A stretch of 64,000 nucleotides of DNA. It comes from Bacteroidota bacterium. GTDB lineage: Bacteria; Bacteroidota; Bacteroidia; Bacteroidales; Prolixibacteraceae. The notes beneath the pieces are model-generated. The model saw only the letters and a program-made list of their open reading frames with translations, was not told the origin of the DNA and did not search any database. The position numbers and the translations under genes are program-made. This document shows positions 19,850 through 28,568 of the stretch, piece by piece. Numbering within the stretch: position 1 is the stretch's first letter; every line of letters begins with the position of its first letter. The stretch spans positions 153,320 to 217,319 of the forward strand of contig JAJRSD010000061.1 of assembly GCA_024278975.1 (NCBI GenBank). The letters are read 5' to 3'.

Positions 19850-19930
19850 GATGTAAAATTTTAAAATATTATTTTCTATAATAATTTAACAATATACATT
19901 TAAAAATGTTTTCTGTACAATTCAATACAC

Positions 19931-20241
19931 TTTTTTTGTTTTATTCTCACCGGTAAGAAAGTTTATTTCAATTCCCAAATAGAGTTGAATAGATATTTGG
20001 CTTGCAATGGCGGTCATTGCTGGTCTTCCCAACAGCGGGTAATCGGGAGAATCAATAGAAAGTTTATATCTGAAATACTGTCAAAAGCTGCTTCAGGAAA
20101 AGCTACTGCTACAATATCGTCAATTTTATTATTCATTTCGGGATAATTAACTAAACCGAATTCTCTTTTTTTATTGGCACTGCCAAACAAACTTACCGAG
20201 GGTAGTGTAGCAATTCCATCCAAAGCGAAATCTATACTCAA
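19931..20241 (-). pseudogene. Unidentified gene remnant with a probable frameshift near 20050
   Basis: ORF 20014..20241 can be continued in another frame as IDSPDYPLLGRPAMTAIASQISIQLYLGIEINFLTGENKTKKVY*; no clear start. Confidence 0.3.
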
Positions 20242-20340
20242 ACCACACAGCTTTTCGGTTTATTGAGTATATTATAATCTACTGCCATGCTAATACGGAA
20301 TATTCCTTTTACATTCCAATAGCTGTAATCTATATGCGAA

Positions 20341-20520
20341 TCAAAACATATAATCCTTTTTTCGATTATGGCAATTTTAAGCAACGCCAAATCATATCGT
20401 CAGATATCAAGTTTTATAAAAACGTATTATCAAACATTGAATGAAGATTTTGATCTAAATTGGAAAAAATCTCCATCATATTCTACTGTGCGAAATATCA
20501 TACAAGGAACTAATCAGTAA
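20341..20520 (+). mobile_element. Fragment of an ISAs1-type transposase N-terminus (DDE_Tnp_1-associated domain)
   Basis: Translates to KHIILFSIMAILSNAKSYRQISSFIKTYYQTLNEDFDLNWKKSPSYSTVRNIIQGTNQ*; no DDE core and no start codon. Confidence 0.6.
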
Positions 20521-20562
20521 ATGTTTAATTGTTTTCATAGTCGATTTTTAAATCGATTTTAA

Positions 20563-21155
20563 TTATTCTTTTGCAGCCTGAACCGGATAAGTTGCCATAA
20601 TTTTTGCAACACTCTTAGGGATATTTTCCTCATTATTTTTGGGATTAGTATCAACAGTACCTTTGCCGATACTTTCCCAAACAAGGTGTTCTTGTTGGGC
20701 ATCGTAAACCGATATTGCCAGTGTACCTACGGTATATTCATGCTCACTGTAAGTTGTGGTTGAGTGTCCGCCACCCCATCCATAGCCTGGTCCATAGTTG
20801 TAGTATCCACCGTAACCTCTGTAACCGCCATATCCACCATACATGCCACCCATTCCTGTAGTGTGGGCAGTTGTTTGTGTTTTTTGTTCGGATACAATAA
20901 ACAAACTTACGATGATATCAGCATCGCCCTCAACAACTTTGACTCCTCTTGTCTCAAATTCACTGGCCACCGCTTTTCGATTCTTTCCTTATCGAAACGG
21001 TTCAGAATTTTATCACTACCATCAGCCCAGCCATAGTATTTAAGTGTTTTGTACTGGGTAAAATCAACGGTTTTGTCATAGTCGCTTATTACCTTAATGC
21101 TACTACAGGCACTTAGTATAATACCTGTCAAAATAAAAAATGTTAGTTTTTTCAT
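20563..21155 (-). pseudogene. DUF4136 lipoprotein with a 1-nt frameshift at T4 run 20974-20977
   Basis: Adding one A gives ..RFDKERIEKAVASEFETRG.., joining ORFs 20907..21155 and 20563..20970 into about 197 aa; lipobox LSAC; GTL...YDA...LVWE..G. Confidence 0.75.
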
Positions 21156-21246
21156 GTCAATCTTGTTTTAATAAAAATTAAATTATAGAACTATATCGTA
21201 ATATTGTAAACTTATGTAAATTAATTATTTTTTCATAATTATTGTT

Positions 21247-21945
21247 TTAGTAGGTAATCATCATCCTTACCCCGGGTATTGTATTTATTTTTTTAATTGT
21301 TGAATAATAGATTTGAACATTCGCCGAAAATGTCATCCATGTATTTATATAAAACTTATAATAAGTGTCTAAACCATACTCATATTTATCGGCTTTTTCA
21401 TTTACTTAACCTGAAAATCCGAATTGGTCGCCCTTGCGGTTTAAAGGATTTAGCCAGATAGCGCCCAACGAATAGGCTGCATTATATTTAAGTACTCGGT
21501 CAACACCATTTGATACTTTAATTGTAAGAATTACATTTTCGGTAATACCTTGATTACCCACATAAGTAAAACCTTTAGCTTGTGCAACAGTATCGCGGGC
21601 TTGCACATAATAGTATGTCGCCGTATGATAGCTGTAAAGTTTTTTTGTTGTTGGAAAGGCAAAACGTATAAAACCCTGAAATGCATAATTAGTAGTGCTG
21701 AAAAAATTTACGGGATCAATAAAATCATTCTGCGGATTGTCATCAGAAATCATTTTTAAACAGGTTGTAATTTTCAAATGTCCCTGATTTACTATCATAC
21801 ATACTAATAAAACCGTTGTTTCCACCCATCAACGAAATAGTTCGCTTTTTGTTTCACTATGGTATTGTGAGGAAATAACTACTCCGTTCAGATTTCTCAA
21901 TAAAGCACCGAAAAATCCTGCCAGACATATACTTTAAAAATCTTC
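21247..21945 (-). pseudogene. Decayed outer-membrane beta-barrel (OprB/carbohydrate-porin-like)
   Basis: ORF 21406..21825 continues past TAA in frame as VNEKADKYEYGLDTYYKFYINTWMTFSANVQIYY..PGVRMMITY* (terminal aromatic beta-signal); frameshifted signal-peptide remnant at 21850-21945. Confidence 0.55.
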
Positions 21946-21952
21946 ATAAATA

Positions 21953-21988
21953 AAAATGCCCACCCAATATAATATGGATGGGCATTTT
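21953..21988 (-). terminator. Terminator after 22008..22472
   Basis: AAAATGCCCA.CC...GG.TGGGCATTTT hairpin flanked by A/T tracts. Confidence 0.65.
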
Positions 21989-22007
21989 CAATTTAAATTA
22001 GTTTATA

Positions 22008-22472
22008 CTATTCCAGTTCGCCAATAAGTGGAACTTCGGTGTAAAACTCTGACGATATTGCGGTAATGAAGTAGTTCTCGATTTGATAAAACTGTGCAGC
22101 AATTTTAGAGCCGGATACTTTCTTCGCTTTTTTGTAGTATTTTATAACCAAGTCCTGATTGTCTTTTCTTAGTTTAATACTTTTTTTAACCAGTTCATCA
22201 GTTTTTTCACCAGTCAATTCATCGTAATGCTCGGCATATTCAACTATTAGCTCAAGTCGTACCTGACCTAATTTTTTACGCGATTTTTCATATTCATCGT
22301 AAATTGCCCAAAAAGCATCGCCTTCTTCTAATCCGAGAAAATTAGCGACAACGATTTTTTTCTCCATACCAAAAATCGATTGGTAATAATCAATTTCTTC
22401 TTGTTGTACTTGTGCAAACGACATTGTAACCGATGCAATTAAGATAATTGCAATTGAAAATAATTTCTTCAT
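22008..22472 (-). CDS. Secreted alpha-helical protein, paralogue of 17906..18361
   Basis: Signal peptide; YYQSIFGM..FWAIYDEYEKSR..AAQFYQIENY. Confidence 0.75.
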   Translation of the reverse strand: MKKLFSIAIILIASVTMSFAQVQQEEIDYYQSIFGMEKKIVVANFLGLEEGDAFWAIYDEYEKSRKKLGQVRLELIVEYAEHYDELTGEKTDELVKKSIKLRKDNQDLVIKYYKKAKKVSGSKIAAQFYQIENYFITAISSEFYTEVPLIGELE

Positions 22473-22576
22473 TTTTTTTAATTTAAAAGTTTATTACGTT
22501 TTTTTTATTAATTATGTTTCTCTGAAAACAACATAGACAAGTTTTTGTTTAAACTTAAATGCAAAAATAACTTAAG

Positions 22577-23215
22577 TTAAAAATATCTCCTCACATCTTT
22601 TGTGTACTTTTCATACTTTTCACCATAATTTTTCAGGAGAAATTTTTCCTCCTTCAAAATAAAATAATGAATACTTACTATATTTAAAACTGCAAAAGTA
22701 GTAAAAAATGCACTTAAGTAAATAAGTGCAATACCAATAAAATACAGATTAATTGAGCCAAAAAATGGATTCCGGGAAATGGAAAAAATCCCAGTGGTTA
22801 TCAACTTCCCCATATTTTCTGAATCTATTCCGAAACGCAGCGATTTATTAAAATTACTTAAAGTAAATATAAGAAAGATTAGTGAAGTTATAATTATTAA
22901 TACTCCAGATATTTTTAAAATAATTGAGTGAAAAATATTTTGAGTGAGAAATTCGGGCAATATGGAATAAGGAGTTTCTAATACCGGATTAATCAATTCA
23001 CAAATAAACAGAACAAGAATAAATATAAAAATGGGGTAAATAATATATTTTATAAAACTACCTTCTTTTGTATTGGAACTAACTGCCACTCCTTCTTTTT
23101 TTAGAATGATTGTTTTTCCGACAATTAATATAATAAATAGTAAAAAACTTATTAGTGGTAAAAAATCAAATACTTTCATAAATATAAAAGTAAGTGAAAT
23201 CTTGTAATGATTCAA
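22577..23215 (-). CDS. Isoprenylcysteine carboxyl methyltransferase (ICMT/PEMT) family membrane protein
   Basis: Multiple TMs; LITTGIFSISRNPFF; EEKFL...YGEKYEKY...VRRY. Confidence 0.8.
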   Translation of the reverse strand: MNHYKISLTFIFMKVFDFLPLISFLLFIILIVGKTIILKKEGVAVSSNTKEGSFIKYIIYPIFIFILVLFICELINPVLETPYSILPEFLTQNIFHSIILKISGVLIIITSLIFLIFTLSNFNKSLRFGIDSENMGKLITTGIFSISRNPFFGSINLYFIGIALIYLSAFFTTFAVLNIVSIHYFILKEEKFLLKNYGEKYEKYTKDVRRYF

Positions 23216-23264
23216 AAAAAATACCCGGGTTTAACCGGAGAATAATGAATTTTGATATTTAATA

Positions 23265-24209
23265 CTAAATATTTGGGAACGAAATACCAATCATCAGTGG
23301 ATGAATTTCGGGTCCTTGTCCGTCTTTAAATATCGAGGTCATGCTATAATTTGCAAAAACTGTAAAATCACCAAAACTTATTCGCCCTGTTAAATCGTAT
23401 TTCCATTGATTAATGTTGTAATTACTTTTTTTCTTGAATTTAGTTTTATTATAGTATTTAAACTTTGTGTGCGAGCTCAAGTATAAACTTCCAATTGCAC
23501 CGGCAGCAAAGCATAAATGAGAATTCCCCACTCGTAACGGTGTTTTAACCTCGAAAAAAAGAGGTACCGTTATATAGTTAACATGCAATTTAGATTTTCT
23601 TACACTCGAATATTCAACTGAAATATTTACAGGAATAATCATTCCATACCCGTCTTGTTTTTCTATAGTTACCGGTAATTCGAATGCGTAATCGTTAAAG
23701 CTAATTCCCATTCCGGTAACTAAACCAAAAGTTTTACGTTTGTTTTTGATAGCAAATTCAAGAAAATTTATATTCCATGTTAACGATTTGCCCGATCTCA
23801 AATCGAAAACCTCGCCGAACTCCTCATACTCTGTTCCGTCGTAAATTCCATAATTTGAGTTTTCAAACATATTCATGCCAACTTCTAGGCCTGCCCAGTG
23901 TGGATTAAAACTCCCGCCCCAATGTTTCTTTTTTACATCTTTATCCATTTCTACATAAGTTCCGTTGCTACCTTCTATAACTTTAAAAGTGCGTCGTCCC
24001 AGACGAATTTTAGTGGTGTCGCCCCAATCGTCGGTAATAACTTCAATGCCTCTGTCGTTACCAACTATTACGTGTACTTTGTCTGATTCTTCAATAACGG
24101 TAACTACATTCTTTTTATTAATTGTTTTTATCTCGGTAGTATCTTGTTTTTGTGCCGATAGGTTTATCACTAAAACAATGCACATAATAGTAGTAAATAA
24201 CTTTTTCAT
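23265..24209 (-). CDS. Outer-membrane beta-barrel protein (PorT-like family)
   Basis: Signal peptide; PHWAGLEVG; GLVTGMGISFNDY; KSKLHVNYITVPLFFE; C-terminal IGISF. Confidence 0.7.
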   Translation of the reverse strand: MKKLFTTIMCIVLVINLSAQKQDTTEIKTINKKNVVTVIEESDKVHVIVGNDRGIEVITDDWGDTTKIRLGRRTFKVIEGSNGTYVEMDKDVKKKHWGGSFNPHWAGLEVGMNMFENSNYGIYDGTEYEEFGEVFDLRSGKSLTWNINFLEFAIKNKRKTFGLVTGMGISFNDYAFELPVTIEKQDGYGMIIPVNISVEYSSVRKSKLHVNYITVPLFFEVKTPLRVGNSHLCFAAGAIGSLYLSSHTKFKYYNKTKFKKKSNYNINQWKYDLTGRISFGDFTVFANYSMTSIFKDGQGPEIHPLMIGISFPNI

Positions 24210-24240
24210 TTTTCTGTTTATTTTATTGTTATGAAGTTAT

Positions 24241-24267
24241 GACGGCAGACTGTTAAAAAAAGTTACA
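24241..24267 (-). promoter_or_regulatory. ECF-sigma-type promoter upstream of the beta-barrel gene
   Basis: Minus strand TGTAAC-N17-CGTC with a T tract after the -35, about 30 nt before ATG 24209. Confidence 0.55.
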
Positions 24268-24332
24268 GCAAGGGCAAATAATGTGTCAATAAATGAATAT
24301 CCACATACTTTCCTAATTAATTATTCCCAAAA

Positions 24333-24367
24333 CAAAAAGCACCTTCATCTCTGAAAGTGCTTTGTTT
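24333..24367 (-). terminator. Terminator downstream of the tRNA
   Basis: AAAGCAC...GTGCTTT hairpin with A/T tracts. Confidence 0.65.
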
Positions 24368-24373
24368 ATTGTT

Positions 24374-24448
<75 letters not shown>

Positions 24449-24608
24449 TAAGAGAATTTCGCTTTGTAATAGCAGAACTATTTCTGAAATTCGGAATGCA
24501 AGTTTACAACTTTGAACTAAATTATACAAGAAAAAGTTGAATTTAGCGATCAAAAATCATACTTAGACTTTGTAGAAGAATATGCCATAAACTTTTATCG
24601 AAAAATAA

Positions 24609-26492
24609 TTAATACGCCTTATATTTACTTTTCATCACATTCAATGGTTCGGGAAGCCAAACACGATATCTGGTATTTTTATCCCATGTATTTCCGGCAG
24701 AACTAAAATCGCAAAAATGAATTTGCGATGCTGCATCGCTGGTTGAAGCTATTCCTGTTCCTAATTTTAAAGGTGCTGTAAACGATAACCAAACTCCTTC
24801 AGGTTTGTTTTCCGAAATCTGAATATCGACAAATCCGTTACTGTTTTGAATTAAAACTGCATCATCAACAAAACCATCTTCAAATCTCGAATCGCGAGCA
24901 AGAACAATCGGACCACGAAGAATAGCAGCATAATTATTTAGTTTAACAAGGCGGCCACGCATATCAAGTTGTAATTCTATTCTATCTCCCTTTTCCCATT
25001 TGCGGGTTAATTCAACATATTTTCCGGGAGTAAGTCCAGTTATTTTTTCTCCATTAATCAAAATCGAATTCTGTGTGCTCCATTTGGGAATACGCAACGC
25101 TAAAGTAAAGTCCTCCGCTTTTTCGGGATTAATTGTGATATATATTTTATTGTCTTCGGGATAAGTAGTTTTTTGTTCGATGACAATTTTATTTTTTGAT
25201 GGAAGTTTAAATGATGCAGAAAGATTGGTGTATAAGTTCAGATAAACAGTTTTGTCATAAGTCATTATTGCAAAACGTGGCATCATCATATAACCGCGCG
25301 GACCATTTGCCGAGCAGCAATTAATATCCATTCCGCACTGGTGGTTGTGGTCTCCCCTCGAACCTTCAAGCGGACTGTACATTGCAATTTCCGACCCTCC
25401 CAATCGTGTTGAAGCTAATAGTGCATTGTAAAAAGTTGTTTCAATATTATCGGCATAAACGGGTTTCCCGGTAATTGCAAGCAGATCATAATTCAGTTTC
25501 ATCCAGGTTGTCATCACACAAGTTTCCATTGTGTGGAAAGTTGGTCGTGTCTGTTGTTCTTTTCCGTGATACCAACTTTCAAACGATGTTCCTGAGCCCG
25601 CAACATTAATCTCCTCCGCAATTATATCCTGAATTGTCATTTCCACGGCTTTTAAATAATCAGGGGTTCCGGTAATTTTATATAGCTCCAACAGTCCGTT
25701 GTAACACGACATCATTTCGTAGGCTTTTTGTCCGTTCTCGGGAGAATACCAAACTTTAGGATGAGGAAAACGGTCGGCAACATGAATACCTGCAAGTGCT
25801 TTTGCAATTAGTTGCGGTCCGTCAGGAGTTTCCCATTGTTCAACAATATATTTTGCAAAATCGAGGTAATTTTGGTTATTGGTTTTATTGTACAGCAACA
25901 TCATCGGTTCAAGAATTGAGCTACTTGCCATGCCGTGATAATTCCCTGTTTCGATAATATTTGTTTTTCCGGGTCCTAGTTGAGTAAGTAAATAATCTGC
26001 TGATTTTATTGCTGCGTTCAATGCATCATTATTTTGGGTGATATCGTGATAGCGGAGTAGCCCCAGCAATACATATTTTCTGCCCCAGATATCCCAGTTT
26101 GTCAGTTGATTTTCAGCAGAATAATTACCAATATATCCGTTTGGAAGTTGGGTTTCGATAATGCTTTTTACCGATTTGCTCATGTGATTCATAAGCTCAT
26201 CATCATGAGTATATTCCCACGCGGCAACGGCTCCGAGCATCCACTTTCCCCAAAATTCCATTTGCCATAAACGGGTTTCATTTTTATGACGAAATGGCTC
26301 AACCAGATAATCATAATCTTGTGCAACTACCCGGTTGTTAATTATCTGATTAATTTGTTTTCCAACGTGCCCTTCAATCTTTAGTTGATTTTGCGGGATT
26401 GTTTTAAAAAAATCATGAATATCCTGCGACATAAGAACAACAGGCATATTACTTAACAATAGAAAGCAGGTAATAAATATATATTTTCTCAT
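24609..26492 (-). CDS. GH127-family glycoside hydrolase
   Basis: WQMEFWGKW, DIWGRKY, SSILEP, KAYEMMSC, FES..METC, CCSANG (Glu/Cys3-Zn site), LRIPKW, LRGPIVLA. Confidence 0.85.
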   Translation of the reverse strand: MRKYIFITCFLLLSNMPVVLMSQDIHDFFKTIPQNQLKIEGHVGKQINQIINNRVVAQDYDYLVEPFRHKNETRLWQMEFWGKWMLGAVAAWEYTHDDELMNHMSKSVKSIIETQLPNGYIGNYSAENQLTNWDIWGRKYVLLGLLRYHDITQNNDALNAAIKSADYLLTQLGPGKTNIIETGNYHGMASSSILEPMMLLYNKTNNQNYLDFAKYIVEQWETPDGPQLIAKALAGIHVADRFPHPKVWYSPENGQKAYEMMSCYNGLLELYKITGTPDYLKAVEMTIQDIIAEEINVAGSGTSFESWYHGKEQQTRPTFHTMETCVMTTWMKLNYDLLAITGKPVYADNIETTFYNALLASTRLGGSEIAMYSPLEGSRGDHNHQCGMDINCCSANGPRGYMMMPRFAIMTYDKTVYLNLYTNLSASFKLPSKNKIVIEQKTTYPEDNKIYITINPEKAEDFTLALRIPKWSTQNSILINGEKITGLTPGKYVELTRKWEKGDRIELQLDMRGRLVKLNNYAAILRGPIVLARDSRFEDGFVDDAVLIQNSNGFVDIQISENKPEGVWLSFTAPLKLGTGIASTSDAASQIHFCDFSSAGNTWDKNTRYRVWLPEPLNVMKSKYKAY

Positions 26493-26557
26493 AATAAATT
26501 TGTTTTAAATGATTAGTTATCTCTTTGGTTTACAACAATATTGTGGTGACTCCCAAT

Positions 26558-28567
26558 CTACTCTCTTAAAATGCACCATGTGTTAAACAGGGAATTTTTA
26601 TCCCATGTATTTCCGGCAGATGAAAAATCACAAAAACGTATAATTTGCTCATTGCCCAAGTTAACCTCGAATTTTTTCCATATAACACCATTACTTTTAA
26701 TCAACTTTACAGATTGAAATTCTTTTTTATCAGACATAAAAATAGGGAAAAAAATATCTTCACCACTTACACGGATATCTCGTGCTAAGACAATGGGACC
26801 ATAAAAAAATGCAAGTGCTTTTTGCTGTATAAGTGCTTCACTCTTTTTTAGTGCAACTACATGTTTATATTTTGAATTATTTGTTTCATTACTTCCGGTT
26901 TCAAATTTCATTTTTGCCCATACATTATTATAAAAATCAATTTTATGATAAGTCGAATCAAATAACTCAGGATTAAAAGTTTCCCATCTGAGTTCAATAT
27001 CAAATACAATTTCAATTCTATCTCCATCATGCCACTCTCTATCAATAATCATCCAGTTATCAACTATTTGCCCGGAATATTTCTCTCCATTGATTTTAAA
27101 TGATGTTTTATTGCTCCAATCCGGAACTCGAATATACAGTTGAAAATAAAGTGAGTTTTTTAAAGAAATGGTTGTTTCAATTTTTGATTCACTTAAAAAA
27201 TCGCCATCAATTTTAATCCTGACAGATTTATTTTTCAATAGAATTTTTCCTTCGCCTTTATTGAATAACGACAGATATATTTTATTGTCATTTCTTTTCA
27301 TCAAAGCAAAATCAGCCGCCTGAAATAATCCTCTGGGCAAGTTATCGGTGCAGCATTGGTGATGTTGTAGAAAATGGTTTGTAGCCGGAATATGCATGTG
27401 TGAAGTTCTTAACCTGCGCAAACTCCAAGTTCCTTCTTTATTGAAAGCGCACAGAAGAGAATTGTACAGAGCCCGCTCCATTTCTTCCACATATTTAGAT
27501 TCTCCGGTAATACTAAAAAGTATAAATGAAAGACGGTTCCAGTAAACAACATCGCAAATTTCGGAAATAGTATTTATTAAACCCTTTGAACCAATTAATT
27601 TGTCATTAAAACTCAGGCTTCCAACAGGAGTTCTTTCAAAATCAACAAGTGCTTGGTGAATATTTTCAGCAGCTTTCAGATAGTCCTCCGTTCCGGTAAC
27701 TTTATATAATTCAGCAAGACCTTCGACACATGAAGTAAATTCGTAACCTTTAGCCCATTTATAAGAATCGGTTTTAGGAAACCATGTATGAACAGGCTTC
27801 CCACTTAATCCTTTATTTAAAATATCTGGCAATCCTTCCGGATGTTCGCCCCATTGTTCTATAATATATTTTGCATAAACAAGATATTTCTCCTCTCCTG
27901 TTGCATTGTAAAGTTTAACAATCGGGTAAAGAATTGATGTACTTGGCATTCCGTAAAAATTGCCTGTTGTTACAATATCGACTGCACCGGGTCCAACTTC
28001 AGATATCAGGTGGTCTGCAAATTTTTTCGAGGCATCCAATATTTTATCGTCTTGAAGAAGTTCCCATGATTCCAATAAACCCCATAGTGTATATTTTCTC
28101 GACCACACATTCCAATTATTACCTACCACAAAATTGGAATGTACATAAGTACCCAAATAACCATTTTCTTCCATGTGAGACATAAAACCCTCCACGGCAA
28201 GGGCAATTCGTGCTTTCAATTCTTCGGAATGATAATATCTGGCAGCAGCGATTACTGAAAGCATATACTTGCCCCAGAATTCTCCACGCCATTGTCCTGA
28301 TTCGGGATAGTTTTTGTCATCTTCTTTTAGTCCAAAAGCATCTTCAGTCTCGGGATAAATTAAATCCCAACTGGCTCTATCCAGTATTCTGTGTGTTGCG
28401 ACTGTATCAATATAATTTCCCAAATGGCCATAAAACATCCATTCTCCGGGATTAAGTAGATTGTTTGAAGTTGTTTTATTATCATAATTGGAACATCTGG
28501 AAAAACTGAATATTCCCAGAAATAGTATAGCTAAAACAGATATTATTGAAAATTGAAAACTCTTCAC
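26558..28567 (-). CDS. GH127-family glycoside hydrolase, lipoprotein paralogue
   Basis: WRGEFWGKY, NVWSRKY, KGYEFTSC, SEIC, CCTDN; shares C-terminal FCDFSSAGNTWDK with the neighbour; Cys after the signal peptide. Confidence 0.8.
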   Translation of the reverse strand: MKSFQFSIISVLAILFLGIFSFSRCSNYDNKTTSNNLLNPGEWMFYGHLGNYIDTVATHRILDRASWDLIYPETEDAFGLKEDDKNYPESGQWRGEFWGKYMLSVIAAARYYHSEELKARIALAVEGFMSHMEENGYLGTYVHSNFVVGNNWNVWSRKYTLWGLLESWELLQDDKILDASKKFADHLISEVGPGAVDIVTTGNFYGMPSTSILYPIVKLYNATGEEKYLVYAKYIIEQWGEHPEGLPDILNKGLSGKPVHTWFPKTDSYKWAKGYEFTSCVEGLAELYKVTGTEDYLKAAENIHQALVDFERTPVGSLSFNDKLIGSKGLINTISEICDVVYWNRLSFILFSITGESKYVEEMERALYNSLLCAFNKEGTWSLRRLRTSHMHIPATNHFLQHHQCCTDNLPRGLFQAADFALMKRNDNKIYLSLFNKGEGKILLKNKSVRIKIDGDFLSESKIETTISLKNSLYFQLYIRVPDWSNKTSFKINGEKYSGQIVDNWMIIDREWHDGDRIEIVFDIELRWETFNPELFDSTYHKIDFYNNVWAKMKFETGSNETNNSKYKHVVALKKSEALIQQKALAFFYGPIVLARDIRVSGEDIFFPIFMSDKKEFQSVKLIKSNGVIWKKFEVNLGNEQIIRFCDFSSAGNTWDKNSLFNTWCILRE

Positions 28568-28568
28568 A

